Notes: a model not told the origin generated them from the letters alone. A stretch of 64,000 bases of DNA from Octopus bimaculoides (GCF_001194135.2 NC_068999.1:20626939-20690938), one strand, 5' to 3'; shown: positions 1 to 13,140, numbered from the stretch's first letter. Numbers and translations are program-made.

Positions 1-20
1 TATATATATATATATATATA

Positions 21-212
21 GGGAGAATCCACAAAAAAAGACAACAGACGAAGGCAGGTGGTGTAGAAAACAAATAGATTTATTCGTATAACGCTCGGGA
101 ATTGAAAAAGTCTTTAACGTTTCGAGCTTACGCTCTTCAACAGAAAGGAACACAGAAAGAAACAAGGAAAAAAGAAAATGTCTGTAGTGGTTAGCGATCT
201 ATGTTGCCAACG
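21..212 (-). mobile_element. Penelope-like pseudo-LTR fragment carrying a minimal hammerhead-like motif (111-148)
   Basis: Reverse complement aligns with 6730-6933 and ends at the same ...CTCCC|(AT)n junction. Minus strand reads CTTT-CTGTTGA-A-GAGC-GTAA-GCTC-GAAA-CGT-T-AAAG. Confidence 0.6.
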
Positions 213-931
213 TAATGTGGCAGTCCTATGAAAGGGAAGAATGCTACTGCTATTTAGCTCCAGGAAACACCGTTTCCAGTTGGTCATATACATTTACTGT
301 GTCCTTATGCTTTCAAAGGGGAGATAAGCACCTCTACACTGCAGGCTAGCTGGTTGCTATCGCTACACTTTTCCGCGTACGGCCAGTCCACAGACACTCA
401 TACACGCGCACATCGCCAACACTCGTCGATTTATTAAAAATGGGGCCATTACCCCGAAATATTGAATACAAGGTAAGTCTACATTAATTCACATATTTGT
501 CTCCTTGTGATTTACCTTGCATTTTCTTCGCATTGTTGTGGCCTTACCTACGATCCTTTATACAATATATTCTACACAATACTTCATAGTAATTATTGCA
601 TTATAATATATATATATATATATTCTCCCATNNNNNNNNNNNNNNNNNNNNNNNNNNNNNNNNNNNNNNNNNNNNNNNNNNNNNNNNNNNNNNNNNNNNN
701 NNNNNNNNNNNNNNNNNNNNNNNNNNNNNNNNNNNNNNNNNNNNNNNNNNNNNNNNNNNNNNNNNNNNNNNNNNNNNNNNNNNNNNNNNNNNNNNNNNNN
801 NNNNNNNNNNNNNNNNNNNNNNNNNNNNNNNNNNNNNNNNNNNNNNNNNNNNNNNNNNNNNNNNNNNNNNNNNNNNNNNNNNNNNNNNNNNNNNNNNNNN
901 NNNNNNNNNNNNNNNNNNNNNNNNNNNNNNN

Positions 932-1292
932 AGTAAGTTCTGCTCATTGTGGATCCTAACGTGTCTTTTAAGACCCCCATTGGATTTGCAAACCCTCTGG
1001 CACACACCACATTCAAACGTGTGCACAGACATATAATCAGAATAGCTGGATGAGGTTTGTTTTCCATGGGTTCGCAGGTGAGATTTGAGGCCAGCCAAGG
1101 ACAGACATGGTCTGTCACAGACTGTGCACACAAAAAGGTCCTTGTCATTCACCTTCTCAGTCTTTACATTTTTCCTTAAATATCTCTTGAGCCCTGCTTG
1201 CATCATCCTGGCCTCTTCAAATGCTTTCACTCCACTCCACACCCTTGTTCGCCATCCAACTCGATCTGAAGCGAGGACTTCTATATCTTTTA
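932..1292 (-). mobile_element. 5'-truncated RTE/BovB-like non-LTR retrotransposon, ORF C-terminus with two C2H2 zinc fingers
   Basis: ORF 601..1311(-) reads LASDRVGWRTRVWSGVKAFEEAR...KRYLRK, matching the RTE C-terminal A.DR..WR..V..G...FE..R pattern. It continues CTVCDRPCLSLAGLKSHLRTH and CGVCQRVCKSNGGLKRHVRIH, then runs into an N gap. Confidence 0.8.
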
Positions 1293-2231
1293 TATACGTG
1301 CATGTATGCATGTGTGTATCTGTATAATGTGTCTGTGTGCAGTTGACGTCACAAGAATTTTACACAGTTCGAGAGAAGATAAAGTAATTTTCTCTTAAAA
1401 CTCTAGGAAGAAGCCGGAGGTTTTCTTCGGTTTTGTCTATTCAAAGGAGCTTTTTTCTTCATCCTCTATTCACACGCTAATCTTTATAGCATTATGTTTC
1501 GAATTCCATCGTTTCATAAATAATGAATAATATCGAACCTGACAACGAGCCAAAAATTATTACATCAGCTAAAAACAATATCCACCTTTTTGCTTCATTA
1601 TTGAGACAATTCTCTTTTTATATTCATCATTCTTCGTGACCGGTTAATTCAAACCAGTGACTTCTTCCTTTGGCTTTGCTTGTAATATGCAAGTGTAATA
1701 ATGTAAACATGCCCAACACAATATAGGTATAAACTATTGATAGTTTAATTTCCAAAGGCAAATGGCTCTTATACGAGGCTTGTTCGGTAAGTGTGATTTC
1801 AATGACACCTAAACAGTCAATAGTTGGCCAGTATAACAATATTCATGCGATCGAATTCCGGTAAAAAAATAATCGTTAATTGATGTAATAAATATACTTG
1901 CTCACTTCATTTTCTTTTTCTTCGTAATCGTAAAAACAACGGATATTGGTGAATTTCCGGTAGGTGTTAGATAAAACATACAACCTCCGTATTACTGTTT
2001 GGTCTGATATCCTGTACCCGTGGATGAGCTTAATAAGGTAAACTCCAGAGTCAATACACGAATGAAATTATTACGTATACACAATGTATTAGAGTTTGAA
2101 GGTAATATTCGATAATATACATTTTGGCACACGAAATGGTGGACTCTCTCATCACCTCGACGCGTGGGCGTACAGGAAGGCACTGTAGGGTCTGCATCTG
2201 CCCCAGATCTCCAGAGAACGACCATTGACTA

Positions 2232-3059
2232 TAGGGTGTCCCAAAAGTGACCCAGGGGTGGCAATCTTTCATAATTCTTGTATTTTTTTACCTTTTTTTC
2301 CTTTTCAGGGATTTTATGGATTTGGTCCTGGAAATTAATTATGAAAAAATATGGCACCGCACAACGAACCCAAGTGGTGAATTCGTTCTATCAAAATCAG
2401 AGGTCAGTTATTCAAACCCAGAGAGCACCAAAGAGAATTGCACTCAATAAAGTGTACAGTATGGTGCTCAATTACGGTGGATGTTATAATCGGGACTTAT
2501 TTGTTTGAGAACGATGATGGGAATGCTGCCATTGTGACTGGTGAGAAGTACAGGTTCATGATCGAGAACGTTTTGCGCCCCGCCATCCAAAATAGGCCCG
2601 ATATGTGGTTCCAGCAAGATGAGGCAACTGCTCATACCGCCAGAGAAACAATGCAGTTGTTGAGGCAATATCTTCGAGAGAGAATCGTCTCTCGCTACTG
2701 CGATGTCAACTAGCTATCGCTTTACCCACACATGACCAGCTCTGAATTGTGGGACACCTCAAGGAGGTTTATGACAACAAACAAGAAACCCTGGAACAAT
2801 TGAAGGAGAATATCACGTGGGAAATCAATGAACTGGACCATGAAACCCTTACAGCTGTCATGGAACATATTTTGGAAAGGTCACGGATGTGTGAAGCTGA
2901 AAAGGTAACCATTTAAAAGATGTCATTTTTCATACGTAATGTGATGAAAAAGAACTAATGCAAATTACCTTCCATTACCTCCTCTATATTGAATTATTTA
3001 TAAAATTAAGGGAGTTATTAAAAATTAAAACCCTTCTGTTACTTTAGGGCCAGCTTGTA
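2232..3059 (+). mobile_element. Tc1/mariner superfamily (maT/rosa-like) DNA transposon, internally deleted and decayed
   Basis: Degenerate TIRs TATAGGGTGTCCCAAAAGTGAC and (reverse complement) TACAAGCTGGCCCTAAAGTAAC. Peptides MKKYGTAQRTQVVNSFYQNQRSVIQTQRA and VWCSITVDVIIGTYLFE...WFQQDEATAHTARETMQLL; the region between them is missing. Confidence 0.85.
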
Positions 3060-3289
3060 TAAGCCCAAATCGGAAATTTTACTGTAACGACCTGCACTTG
3101 ACCCCGTCGCCGCTTTTCATATCATCAATGTAGTTACTACAAAGGTATGATGGTGTTGGTGCTCCGGTATTTGTTTACTGAACATCCTGTCAAATGCATA
3201 TTATTTTGAAGGGTATGGTGTGTGCAAATCTAGCCGCACTCTCTCATCTTCCAAGCTTGTATTGGTCTGGTGTAGCATGTACTACAAGC

Positions 3290-3472
3290 CTAGTGGCATT
3301 ACGTCGATCTTTGCATTCTGACTACATATATCGTGGAGGCTAACTTTACCTTTCATCCTCACGGGGTCGATAAAATATGTACCAGTTAAGAACTGGTATC
3401 GATATAATCGACTTAGCCCTCTCCCGAAACTGCTGGCATTGATGCAAAATTTGAAACCAATATTACATTTAA
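3290..3472 (+). mobile_element. tRNA-derived SINE family A, partial copy
   Basis: Core ACTTTACCTTTCATCCTCACGGGGTCGATAAAATATGTACCAG and tail AAATTTGAAACCAATATT, shared with many copies in the window. Confidence 0.75.
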
Positions 3473-3477
3473 AATAA

Positions 3478-3695
3478 AGCTGGTGACGTAGCAGGTTCAT
3501 TCGTACCCTGGTCAAAATACTTAGAGGCACTTCGTCCGTCCTTGCGTTCTGATTTCAAATCCTGCTGAGGTCAAACTTTGCCTTTCATCCTCTCGGTATG
3601 GATAAAACAAGTATCAGTTGAGCACTGGGTCGATGTAATTGACTTTCCTCCTCCTCCCGAATTGGTAGCCTTGTGCCAATATTTGAAACCAATAA
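3478..3695 (+). mobile_element. tRNA-derived SINE family A, tandem with the previous copy
   Basis: B-box-like GATTTCAAATCC, core ACTTTGCCTTTCATCC, tail TTTGAAACCAAT. Confidence 0.75.
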
Positions 3696-3984
3696 TATAT
3701 TTACAGTAGCTACTTTGGTACGGTTTACTTTTTGAAGTCCTATTATTCAGGAATGCCTTCAGTTAGTTCTTGAAACTCTAAGCTTGCGAAAACAAAAAAA
3801 TAATTGAAAAGTAGGTTGTGATTTATTAGCCCACTCTCCAATTTTGTTTATCACCGGAAACCAAAATTCTTGATCCGATTGCTCTTCACAAATAGAATTT
3901 CATTAAAATTCTCACTTAGCAAAAAGCAACCGAAAAAAAAAACAAAAAAAAACTCTATAACAGCTGCTACCACAACAATAGTGG

Positions 3985-4066
3985 TTATTTAATAAGATGA
4001 TGTTGATGATGATGATGATAATGATGAAGATGATGTTGATGATGATGGTGAAGATGATGATGATGA
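3985..4066. repeat. (GAT)n degenerate microsatellite
   Basis: Visible gatgatgat runs. Confidence 0.9.
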
Positions 4067-5810
4067 ATAAACATATAAATAAATAGGTTCCAATTGGGAA
4101 TAGAAAATAGGTCGCGAACTTGGCACCCCGGAGCCAAAATAACAAAATATTCAGATAAAATAAAATAGTCAGTAGTTTCTTGTGTCTATTATCACTCGTC
4201 TTGTTTTCTGAGGTCAATAAAATCGAAAAGTCAGATTGTCTGTTAAGAATCGATTTTTAAATTCCACCTACAAGTGCTTGTAGCACTCTTTTGAATATGT
4301 GCCCTCCCAAATCTGCAACAGACACATACACAATACAGTATATGTACAAATACACACACAGAATACACAACACAGAGATATTCGCATACAAACACAGTTA
4401 CACACATGTGTGTGTATTTTCAGACACACATTCACATTGTCAACGATCGCTGATGAGAGAAAGAAAAGAATTTGAAAGCCATCAGTCACAATGAGTGCCG
4501 ATAGCATGACATGATAAATGGTGATTCCTTGAAAGAACCGATTGACCCAGGGCTAAAAAAGATAACAGAGCAGTAATAATAATCTTTTGTGTTTTTCGTT
4601 GCTTTTTGTTTCTATATTTTGTTTTGTTTTTGTTTGTTTCTTTTGCTTTTTTTCCCCCCTTTCATTTGTTATAGTGTAATGGGAACTGTTGGTAACGGCT
4701 AATAGCAGAATTTTGTCAGAAGAAAAAATGTTGGGGAAGGAAAAGAATCATGTATTGGAGTCATTGCGGCCAAAATGATTGTTGAGGCACGAAGAAATTG
4801 TTATTGATGTTTTGTGAATGTGTATAATTGCGTGAATATGGGAATGTGCACGTAAATGCGTAGTTTTGTGTGTGACTGTGAAGTTGTGTTCATGTGTATA
4901 CGTGTATCTACGCACTCGTATATATGTAAAAATACGCGTCTGAGCGCATGCACTTACGCGTCTACATGTGTATGAAAGTGTAACCCCGCGTGAATGAATG
5001 TAAGCGTGACTCCCGCGTGAGTGTGAGTGCGTGTGCGCATGTGATAGGATGAGATAAAATGCAATGAAAAGGAAAAGGAATTATAAGAAAATTTATTTCA
5101 TTTTCTTTTTCTCTTTTTTTTTCTTTTCAGTACATAAGAAAGCGTTAATGATACAGCAAGGAAGAACAATTTCCAGAAAAGTTATAGCAGAGAGAAAATG
5201 ATCAATGCATATAAGAGGTTGAGTGGGATGGTGAGTGAGCGTAGAAGAAGTGTAATAATTGAGGTAAACGAACAAATAGGAACGATTGCAGCCAATCGTA
5301 AGTAAACGGAAATATAAAATTATACTAAGTATGAAGAACAAGAAAATATGAACCGGTGAGTAAGGGGTATACGGAATAGCTTAAATAGAACACAGAAGAT
5401 ACATGAGATTAACACGGAATTCGTTAGAATGCAGAAAATGAAGGGTATTAAAAGTATAAGATGACAAAGTGAATTTTGTCTTTTTTTTTTTTTAGCTATT
5501 GAAAGAGATAAAATTGTCATAGCATAAACGAAGAATGTTACAGATATATCTGTTCGGTGTATCAGCGCGTCTTGTGCATACGCTCATGTGTGTGGATGAT
5601 ATAAGGGATGGGATGTCTAGCGCAGAATGAAACAGATTTAATCTGTCTTCCAGTGGGTGGAGTGGAAGCTGTCGTCCGGTCGTACATTGGTGAAGATACG
5701 TAGTACGCGTCCATATAAACAGACACACATACATACACCTATCTATCTATGTATATATCTATCTATCACTTGTCCTTTTCCTCTCTCTTTATATATATAT
5801 GTATGTGTGC

Positions 5811-5862
<52 letters not shown>

Positions 5863-5889
5863 CTACTATTTTATTGCTTTATTGTTTGA

Positions 5890-6080
5890 TTTCTTTCAGT
5901 CATTCGACTGCGGCCATGCTGGAGCACCGCCTTTAGTCGAACAAATCGACTCAAGACCTATTCTTTGTAAGCCTAGTCCTTATTTTGTCGGTCTCTTTTG
6001 ACGAACCGCTATGTTACGCGAATGTAAACAGAATCAACATCGATTATCAAGCGATGGTGAGGGGACAAGCATAGACACAC
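5890..6080 (-). mobile_element. CORE-like SINE family B, 3' half
   Basis: TTTCAGTCATTCGACTGCGGCCATGCTGGAGCACCGCC...GAACCGCT matches the copies at 14120, 27300 and 50010. Confidence 0.85.
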
Positions 6081-6388
6081 ACACAAACACATATACACAC
6101 TCACTCACCGAGGCATACACTCACTCATGCACACACACACACACACACACACATACACACAAACACACACACGTATAATTCAATTTGGAAGCTCATAAAT
6201 GGTATAGATAATTGCTTGCCTATATGGGTGGAAAAACACTTAATTTGGATAAAAAATTTGAATGGTTTTTCAAAAAAGGTATTTCGACCCAAAGTTTACC
6301 ATTATTTACAGCATCCATGTGCTTAGAGAAACAATTTCAAAAGTGAATTACTCCACATTCTCACTAAATTATATAATATCTTATACCG

Positions 6389-6428
<40 letters not shown>

Positions 6429-6438
6429 NNNNNNNNNN

Positions 6439-6475
<37 letters not shown>

Positions 6476-6479
6476 GTCG

Positions 6480-6933
6480 CCTCCCACACATCCCAACACC
6501 TTCACATCACACCACGCTACACCATATAACACACCACATCACATCACAACACGCCACCACGCACACACTAGCACTGACCAATTTTCATACCTTCACACCT
6601 ACATACACACATGCATACGTTAACATCACCAGCATTCTCTCAAACACATGCACCTTCGTCTTGGGATCACTACTTCCTTGTTATCTCCACTTCTTCTTAA
6701 CTCTCCTGTATGACCCTTCTGTCCGGCATTCGCCATGATAGATCGCTGACCACTACACGTATAATATTTTTCTCTCTTTGTTTCCCCTCCTTGTTTCTTT
6801 CTGTGTTCCTTTCTTTTGAAGCGCGTAGGCTCGAAACGTTAAAGACTTTCTTTATTCCTGAGCGTTATACTAATATAACCATTTGTTGTTTACACCACCT
6901 ATCTTCGTCTGTTGCTTTTTCGTGAATCCTCCC
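6480..6933 (+). mobile_element. Penelope-like pseudo-LTR copy, same family as 21-212, with degenerate hammerhead motif (6808-6845)
   Basis: Inverted homology to 21-212; GCGC-GTAG-GCTC-GAAACGT; flanked by (TA)n on both sides. Confidence 0.6.
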
Positions 6934-7554
6934 ATATATATATATATATAAATATATATATATANNNNNNNNNNNNNNNNNNNNNNNNNNNNNNNNNNNN
7001 NNNNNNNNNNNNNNNNNNNNNNNNNNNNNNNNNNNNNNNNNNNNNNNNNNNNNNNNNNNNNNNATATATATACATATAAAATCAAAATAAGCAACAAGGT
7101 AATGCAGTACGATCGTTTCATGCAACTCCATTTAATTGAAAAATGTATTCATTACATCAATTTAAAATGCAGAGCGATCCTCAGCTGCAGAAAGACATAA
7201 AATTTAATCAAGTTAGAACAGATGAACACATTAGTATGGCTCGGATCTCATCAAGCGTTCGATCAGGCACCCGAAATGTTGGTATGAGTAATGGCACTGC
7301 AAACACATTGTGGGTCAATATTTTATTGAATGCAGAGTGTTATGCGGTCCAAATTTCCTTTATTCGGCAGTAATATTCTTTAGTGAGATGTGTTTTGTTA
7401 CAAATACCATGTATGTATGTACTATGTAGGTATATGTGGAGATTTATATGTTTTGTTTTATATATGTATTCTCATGCACGTAGTTGCACGTCAGACATGC
7501 TCATGTATTCTGCATGATAAACTTCTGGAAAGTTACACAAGTTTTTACAGGTCC

Positions 7555-7623
7555 AGTATCTTCTACTATAGCCTCGGATTTGTGAGCTGATTTGGTAAAC
7601 GGAAACTGAATGAAGCACGTCGA

Positions 7624-7625
<2 letters not shown>
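7555..7625 (+). mobile_element. SINE family B, 5' half remnant
   Basis: TTCTACTATAGCCTCGG...GATTTGGTAAACGGAAACTGAATGAAGCACGTCG followed by (TA)n. Confidence 0.7.
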
Positions 7626-7656
<31 letters not shown>

Positions 7657-7969
7657 NNNNNNNNNNNNNNNNNNNNNNNNNNNNNNNNNNNNNNNNNNNN
7701 NNNNNNNNNNNNNNNNNNNNNNNNNNNNNNNNNNNNNNNNNNNNNNNNNNNNNNNNNNNNNNNNNNNNNNNNNNNNNNNNNNNNNNNNNNNNNNNNNNNN
7801 NNNNNNNNNNNNNNNNNNNNNNNNNNNNNNNNNNNNNNNNNNNNNNNNNNNNNNNNNNNNNNNNNNNNNNNNNNNNNNNNNNNNNNNNNNNNNNNNNNNN
7901 NNNNNNNNNNNNNNNNNNNNNNNNNNNNNNNNNNNNNNNNNNNNNNNNNNNNNNNNNNNNNNNNNNNNN

Positions 7970-8002
<33 letters not shown>

Positions 8003-8004
8003 CT

Positions 8005-8315
8005 TTATTTCTTTCAGTCATTTGACAGCAGCAATGCTGGAGCACCGCCTTTAGTCGAACAAATCGCTCCCAGGGCTTATTTTTTCTAAGCTAGTACTTA
8101 TTCTAACATACCCTTTTGCCGAACCGCTACGTTACTGAAACACACATATATATATGTACATTCTTTCAGGTTTCGTCTACCAAATCCACTCTCAAAGCTT
8201 TGGTCGTCCCGAGGCTATAGTAGATGACACTAGTCCAAGGTCCCACGCTGTGGGATTGAACCGAGAAGCATGTGGTTGTTAAACCAGCTACTTACCACGC
8301 AGCGACTCCTGTGCT
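8005..8315 (-). mobile_element. SINE family B, near-complete copy with internal deletion
   Basis: Tail, internal (CA/TA) tract, CORE-like segment and tRNA-like head (GGTTCAATCC B box on the minus strand). Confidence 0.85.
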
Positions 8316-10419
8316 CATATATATATGTATGTGTATACACACACACATTGCGGAGGAGAAAGCAAGGAGGGAAGGGGAGAGTAAGAATAAGATGGAAAGA
8401 GTGAATAAGTATACAAAGAGATGAACAGAAATGGATAGAGCAATAATGAGGGTTGTGACTTGACAGAAGTAAAGTAGCAATGGTTGTTTGAATAAAAATG
8501 AAAAAAAAATCATAGAAAGAAGAGGAAGAATATCTAAATGAAGAAGAGCAAAGAAATATCGGAGGAAACAGGTGAAAGCATCTGTTATGTTAACTAACTG
8601 TACACGTGATTGCGTCATTAATAATGAGAAAATAGAGAATGAGGAAGTGAGAGGAAGTGAGAGGCAGAAATTCTGAGCGAGAAAGAGATGATGCTGGTGT
8701 AATATTTTTTAGAAAGTGAGTAATGTATGCGTCTAAAGCGACAGAAGTGCAAATAGAAGTGTAGGAGGCGAAGAAAGCGTAGAATTAAACTAAAAGAGAA
8801 GGAGGAACAGGAACAAAATCGCATAGAATATCAAAGCTGATGTTAACAAAGATTTCATGTTCGCAAAGTAATATATTAGTAATAATAATGGTAATAATAT
8901 TAATAATAATACTGATGATAATATTAGTAATGATAGTGATTGAGAAAGAGTATATAGAAATATAGCTGGTGAGTAGAAGAAATAAGTACAGCACCTGTAA
9001 TTTAAGGATTGAGAGGTTGCAAACTGAGACGTAAATGGAACATGGGAAGAGAAACTGTAGAGTGAATGAATGAGTTTTTTGATAAATGAGTGAATGAGTG
9101 AAGTGAAGTATGTGAGGGAGGTTGTGAGCGAGGGGAGGAGTGGAAGAGAATGTGGTTGAGTATATCCGTGATCTGCAAAGAATTTAGGAAAGAATAAGAA
9201 AAATAAATAATAAATAAGGAAATAAAGGCTATGATGAAAGAGGGGGAACGAAACTTTATAATTTAATTAATAAGAAATAATGGAATTAACAATAACNNNN
9301 NNNNNNNNNNNNNNNNNNNNNNNNNNNNNNNNNNNNNNNNNNNNNNNNNNNNNNNNNNNNNNNNNNNNNNNNNNNNNNNNNNNNNNNNNNNNNNNNGAAC
9401 ATTTCCCTATTCCAAATCATCAGTCCGATATTCTGATAAATTTGAATATATATATTAGGCATTCAAGTATGAAATTTGTAGTAATTTATATGGTAAACTT
9501 TGACAGCTACTCATTTTGCGCCATTATTATATTTTAACAATACTCTTTCATATAGTTCTATATTTAAGAGATGAGGATTTGCCAAGAGAGTGAAGAAAAT
9601 GATATAGTATGAACACCCAAGTTCTGTTAAATACAGCTACTCAGGGATTCCTGGTCAAAACATAAAAAATTTCAGAAATTATGAACAAGAGCGTTTGGGA
9701 GTTGCTTTTTGAAACAGATGACGTTTAAAGAAGACGAGGAAGAAAACAGAAAGAGTAACAGATGGCACATAATCAACGTTAGCATAAACCTATGTCAAAA
9801 AGATGTAAACAAAATTTTAATGTTTCAATATGTGTCTGGTGACCTATTTGTAAATACTGCGAAGATGCATCTCTTAAAATGTGGTCACAGAAAAAATATC
9901 GTTGCTAGAATTTGCGTTGTGGTTGGAGGCTCTCAAGTTCGTTAGAAGACAGAGAAGAGAGGTAAACCATGCAGAAATATTTATAATAATATGCAAAATC
10001 GTTATAAATATTGAAAATAATTATTCTAGCAAGATCAGGTAAGTGAATAAAATTCAAGAAACATTTGTAGAAGATATTAATCTCAAATAGAACAACTGAA
10101 ATGATTTTAATCAGCACTGCATCGAATTTGGCCGAAATAGCGAAATCAGAGTGAAACATTTTAATTTGATACATAAGATATTTAAAACTCTCCCTCCTTT
10201 CAAACCTTCATTCATTTTACAACCACGTAATCGGCTAATTCGTTCCTTGAGTAAGCATGAGGTTAGTGTAAAAGACATCTACTCAACATACCGCACAGCA
10301 AAATTGAATGTGCGGCAATTTGAGATTGGCGTGAAAAAACAAAACTATACATAGCATCAAAGCATACCGAACTCTGCATTCTACAAAGCGACGAAAGGCA
10401 TAGACACATCCAAGCCATT

Positions 10420-10585
10420 GCTCCTCGCCATCATCATCGTGTTAGTCGACAGTCATCATCATCATCATCATTAACATCATCAAAAGCATTATTATCACCG
10501 GTAATATTGTTATCATCAACATCACCATCGTCATCAATGACCATTACCATTATTATCATTATGATGTTCATCTTCGTAGTCATCA
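10420..10585. repeat. Degenerate (ATC)n tract
   Basis: catcatcat runs. Confidence 0.8.
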
Positions 10586-10787
10586 CTATCAGCGCTTTCC
10601 TTTTCCTTTTCCTTCTGTTCTGAGAGAATGAAAAATAACAATTCAGATTATGATTCTCCGAATCTTATTTCTCCTACGCAATAAATGCAGAGAGAAAACA
10701 ACACATAGATATAAAGATATGCTTTTGTAGCACCGCATTGACAAATATATTTACTTATTTGTTTATGCATATATATATACATCAGTA

Positions 10788-10842
<55 letters not shown>

Positions 10843-11054
10843 CCACACACACATGCGTATGCATACTTGTGCATAAGACTAAATATGTACGTATATATAC
10901 ATATATTTAGATATATAATTATATGTTTGTGTATGTGTGGGAGAGAGTGTGTAAGTACGTATGTGTCATTGTGCCTCGTTGAATGTGAAATCAATTTTAC
11001 TTAATTACTTTATCTCAACTTAAGTCTGTTAAAATCTGGCGTCATCTTCTTTAT

Positions 11055-11370
11055 GTATCCATTGATCATCATCATACCATCACCATCGTCATCATCATCA
11101 TCATCATCATCATCATCACGACCATGAATCTCATTTTCAATATCATCGCCATAGTTATTATCATAATCGTCATATTCTCTGTCATCATCTTCATGCTCTG
11201 GAGTAGCGGTCCAATGCATTATTGTCACCATTATCAGTATAACCATTTCTGTTATAGTCATTATAAGCATGGTCGTGATCAAGATGGTAATGAACACCCA
11301 CACCAGCAGCAGTGTCATTAAAAATAACTGCAACAATAATATGAGTATTAGTGTACTTATCTTCAGGGTC

Positions 11371-11426
<56 letters not shown>

Positions 11427-11465
11427 CATTATTATTAAAATACTCATCGCCATCATTATCCTTAC
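11055..11465. repeat. Compound (ATC)n/(ATT)n microsatellite region
   Basis: Visible trinucleotide runs; these explain the poly-I and poly-D ORFs. Confidence 0.9.
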
Positions 11466-11636
11466 CATAACATTTTCTTTTCTACTGAGGCAAAATTGTT
11501 GGCGCTTCCAAATGCATCCATCCAAATTTGATTCATAACAGAATTATGCACGCCTCGGTGCCTCTGAATATATACGCACACAATATTCTTATTAGAGATA
11601 TATATCTAGATGGAATCAGATACATACATGCATACA

Positions 11637-11683
<47 letters not shown>

Positions 11684-12212
11684 GTACACATATGCATATA
11701 CATATAAATATTTCCTTACATTCATGTATATATCTATATATACACACACACACACACACACCAAACACACACATATCTGTCTATCTATATATATATTACC
11801 ATAGAGCGAACGTCTATGGTGAAACTTACTAATGTTAAGCATGCCAAATGGCGTGAAGGGCAAAACAGAAATTGTAATGATAATTAAAAAGAAATCAGTA
11901 ACTGCACCATAGAATATGCCATTAAATATCCCACTGGTCTGCAAAATGGAACACATTTAAAGAATATATGGAAGAGTCTACACTCACTAACCATCGTTTG
12001 CAAATCCTTCTTACAGCTAAGATCCGATGCAATAGTATTAGTAATATGACTATTACATTTCTTTTTCTTCGAAGATACATCTTCAGCCCTACTGTCGTTA
12101 TAATCTTCATAATGCATACATACATACATACATACATATTTACATACATTCCTGTATAAAGACTTAATATTTATATCACAGACCACACATGCATACGCAT
12201 GGTTCCTGTGTC

Positions 12213-12248
<36 letters not shown>

Positions 12249-12262
12249 ATGTGTGTCTGTGT

Positions 12263-12301
<39 letters not shown>

Positions 12302-12338
12302 TGCGTGTGTGTGTATATATATTCGTTACAATATCATA

Positions 12339-12395
12339 GAGAAACTGAAGAGACGTCTAGTTCACTCTAGATATGAAACCAATGGGTTTTTTTCT
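12339..12395 (+). ncRNA. Candidate minimal type I hammerhead ribozyme (Penelope-type)
   Basis: GAGAAA-CTGAAGA-G-ACGTCTAG-ttcact-CTAGATAT-GAAA-CC-aatg-GG-T-T-TTTTT: intact core, stem II with one mismatch, 3-bp stem III, GUU triplet, weak A/U stem I. Confidence 0.5.
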
Positions 12396-13140
12396 AAACT
12401 TACGTTACACATACATTAATATNNNNNNNNNNNNNNNNNNNNNNNNNNNNNNNNNNNNNNNNNNNNNNNNNNNNNNNNNNNNNNNNNNNNNNNNNNNNNN
12501 NNNNNNNNNNNNNNNNNNNNNNNNNNNNNNNNNNNNNNNNNNNNNNNNNNNNNNNNNNNNNNNNNNNNNNNNNNNNNNNNNNNNNNNNNNNNNNNNNNNN
12601 NNNNNNNNNNNNNNNNNNNNNNNNNNNNNNNNNNNNNNNNNNNNNNNNNNNNNNNNNNNNNNNNNNNNNNNNNNNNNNNNNNNNNNNNNNNNNNNNNNNN
12701 NNNNNNNNNNNNNNNNNNNNNNNNNNNNNNNNNNNNNNNNNNNNNNNNNNNNNNNNNNNNNNNNNNNNNNNNNNNNNNNNNNNNNNNNNNNNNNNNNNNN
12801 NNNNNNNNNNNNNNNNNNNNNNNNNNNNNNNNNNNNNNNNNNNNNNNNNNNNNNNNNNNNNNNNNNNNNNNNNNNNNNNNNNNNNNNNNNNNNNNNNNNN
12901 NNNNNNNNNNNNNNNNNNNNNNNNNNNNNNNNNNNNNNNNNNNNNNNNNNNNNNNNNNNNNNNNNNNNNNNNNNNNNNNNNNNNNNNNNNNNNNNNNNNN
13001 NNNNNNNNNNNNNNNNNNNNNNNNNNNNNNNNNNNNNNNNNNNNNNNNNNNNNNNNNNNNNNNNNNNNNNNNNNNNNNNNNNNNNNNNNNNNNNNNNNAT
13101 ATATATATATATATATATACATATATATATGTATATATAT

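Noticed and set aside
440-478. ATG GGG CCA...TAC AAG|GTAAGT, a possible first coding exon (MGPLPRNIEYK)
   Set aside because: A perfect donor and an 11-codon frame occur by chance in 64 kb; no downstream exon or homology found.
5560-5712. GC-richer patch with possible acceptor TCTTCCAG and short open frames on both strands
   Set aside because: No recognisable protein and no convincing donor.
7143-7373. 76-aa ORF with possible donor TTG|GTATGA
   Set aside because: Weak acceptor and no homology.
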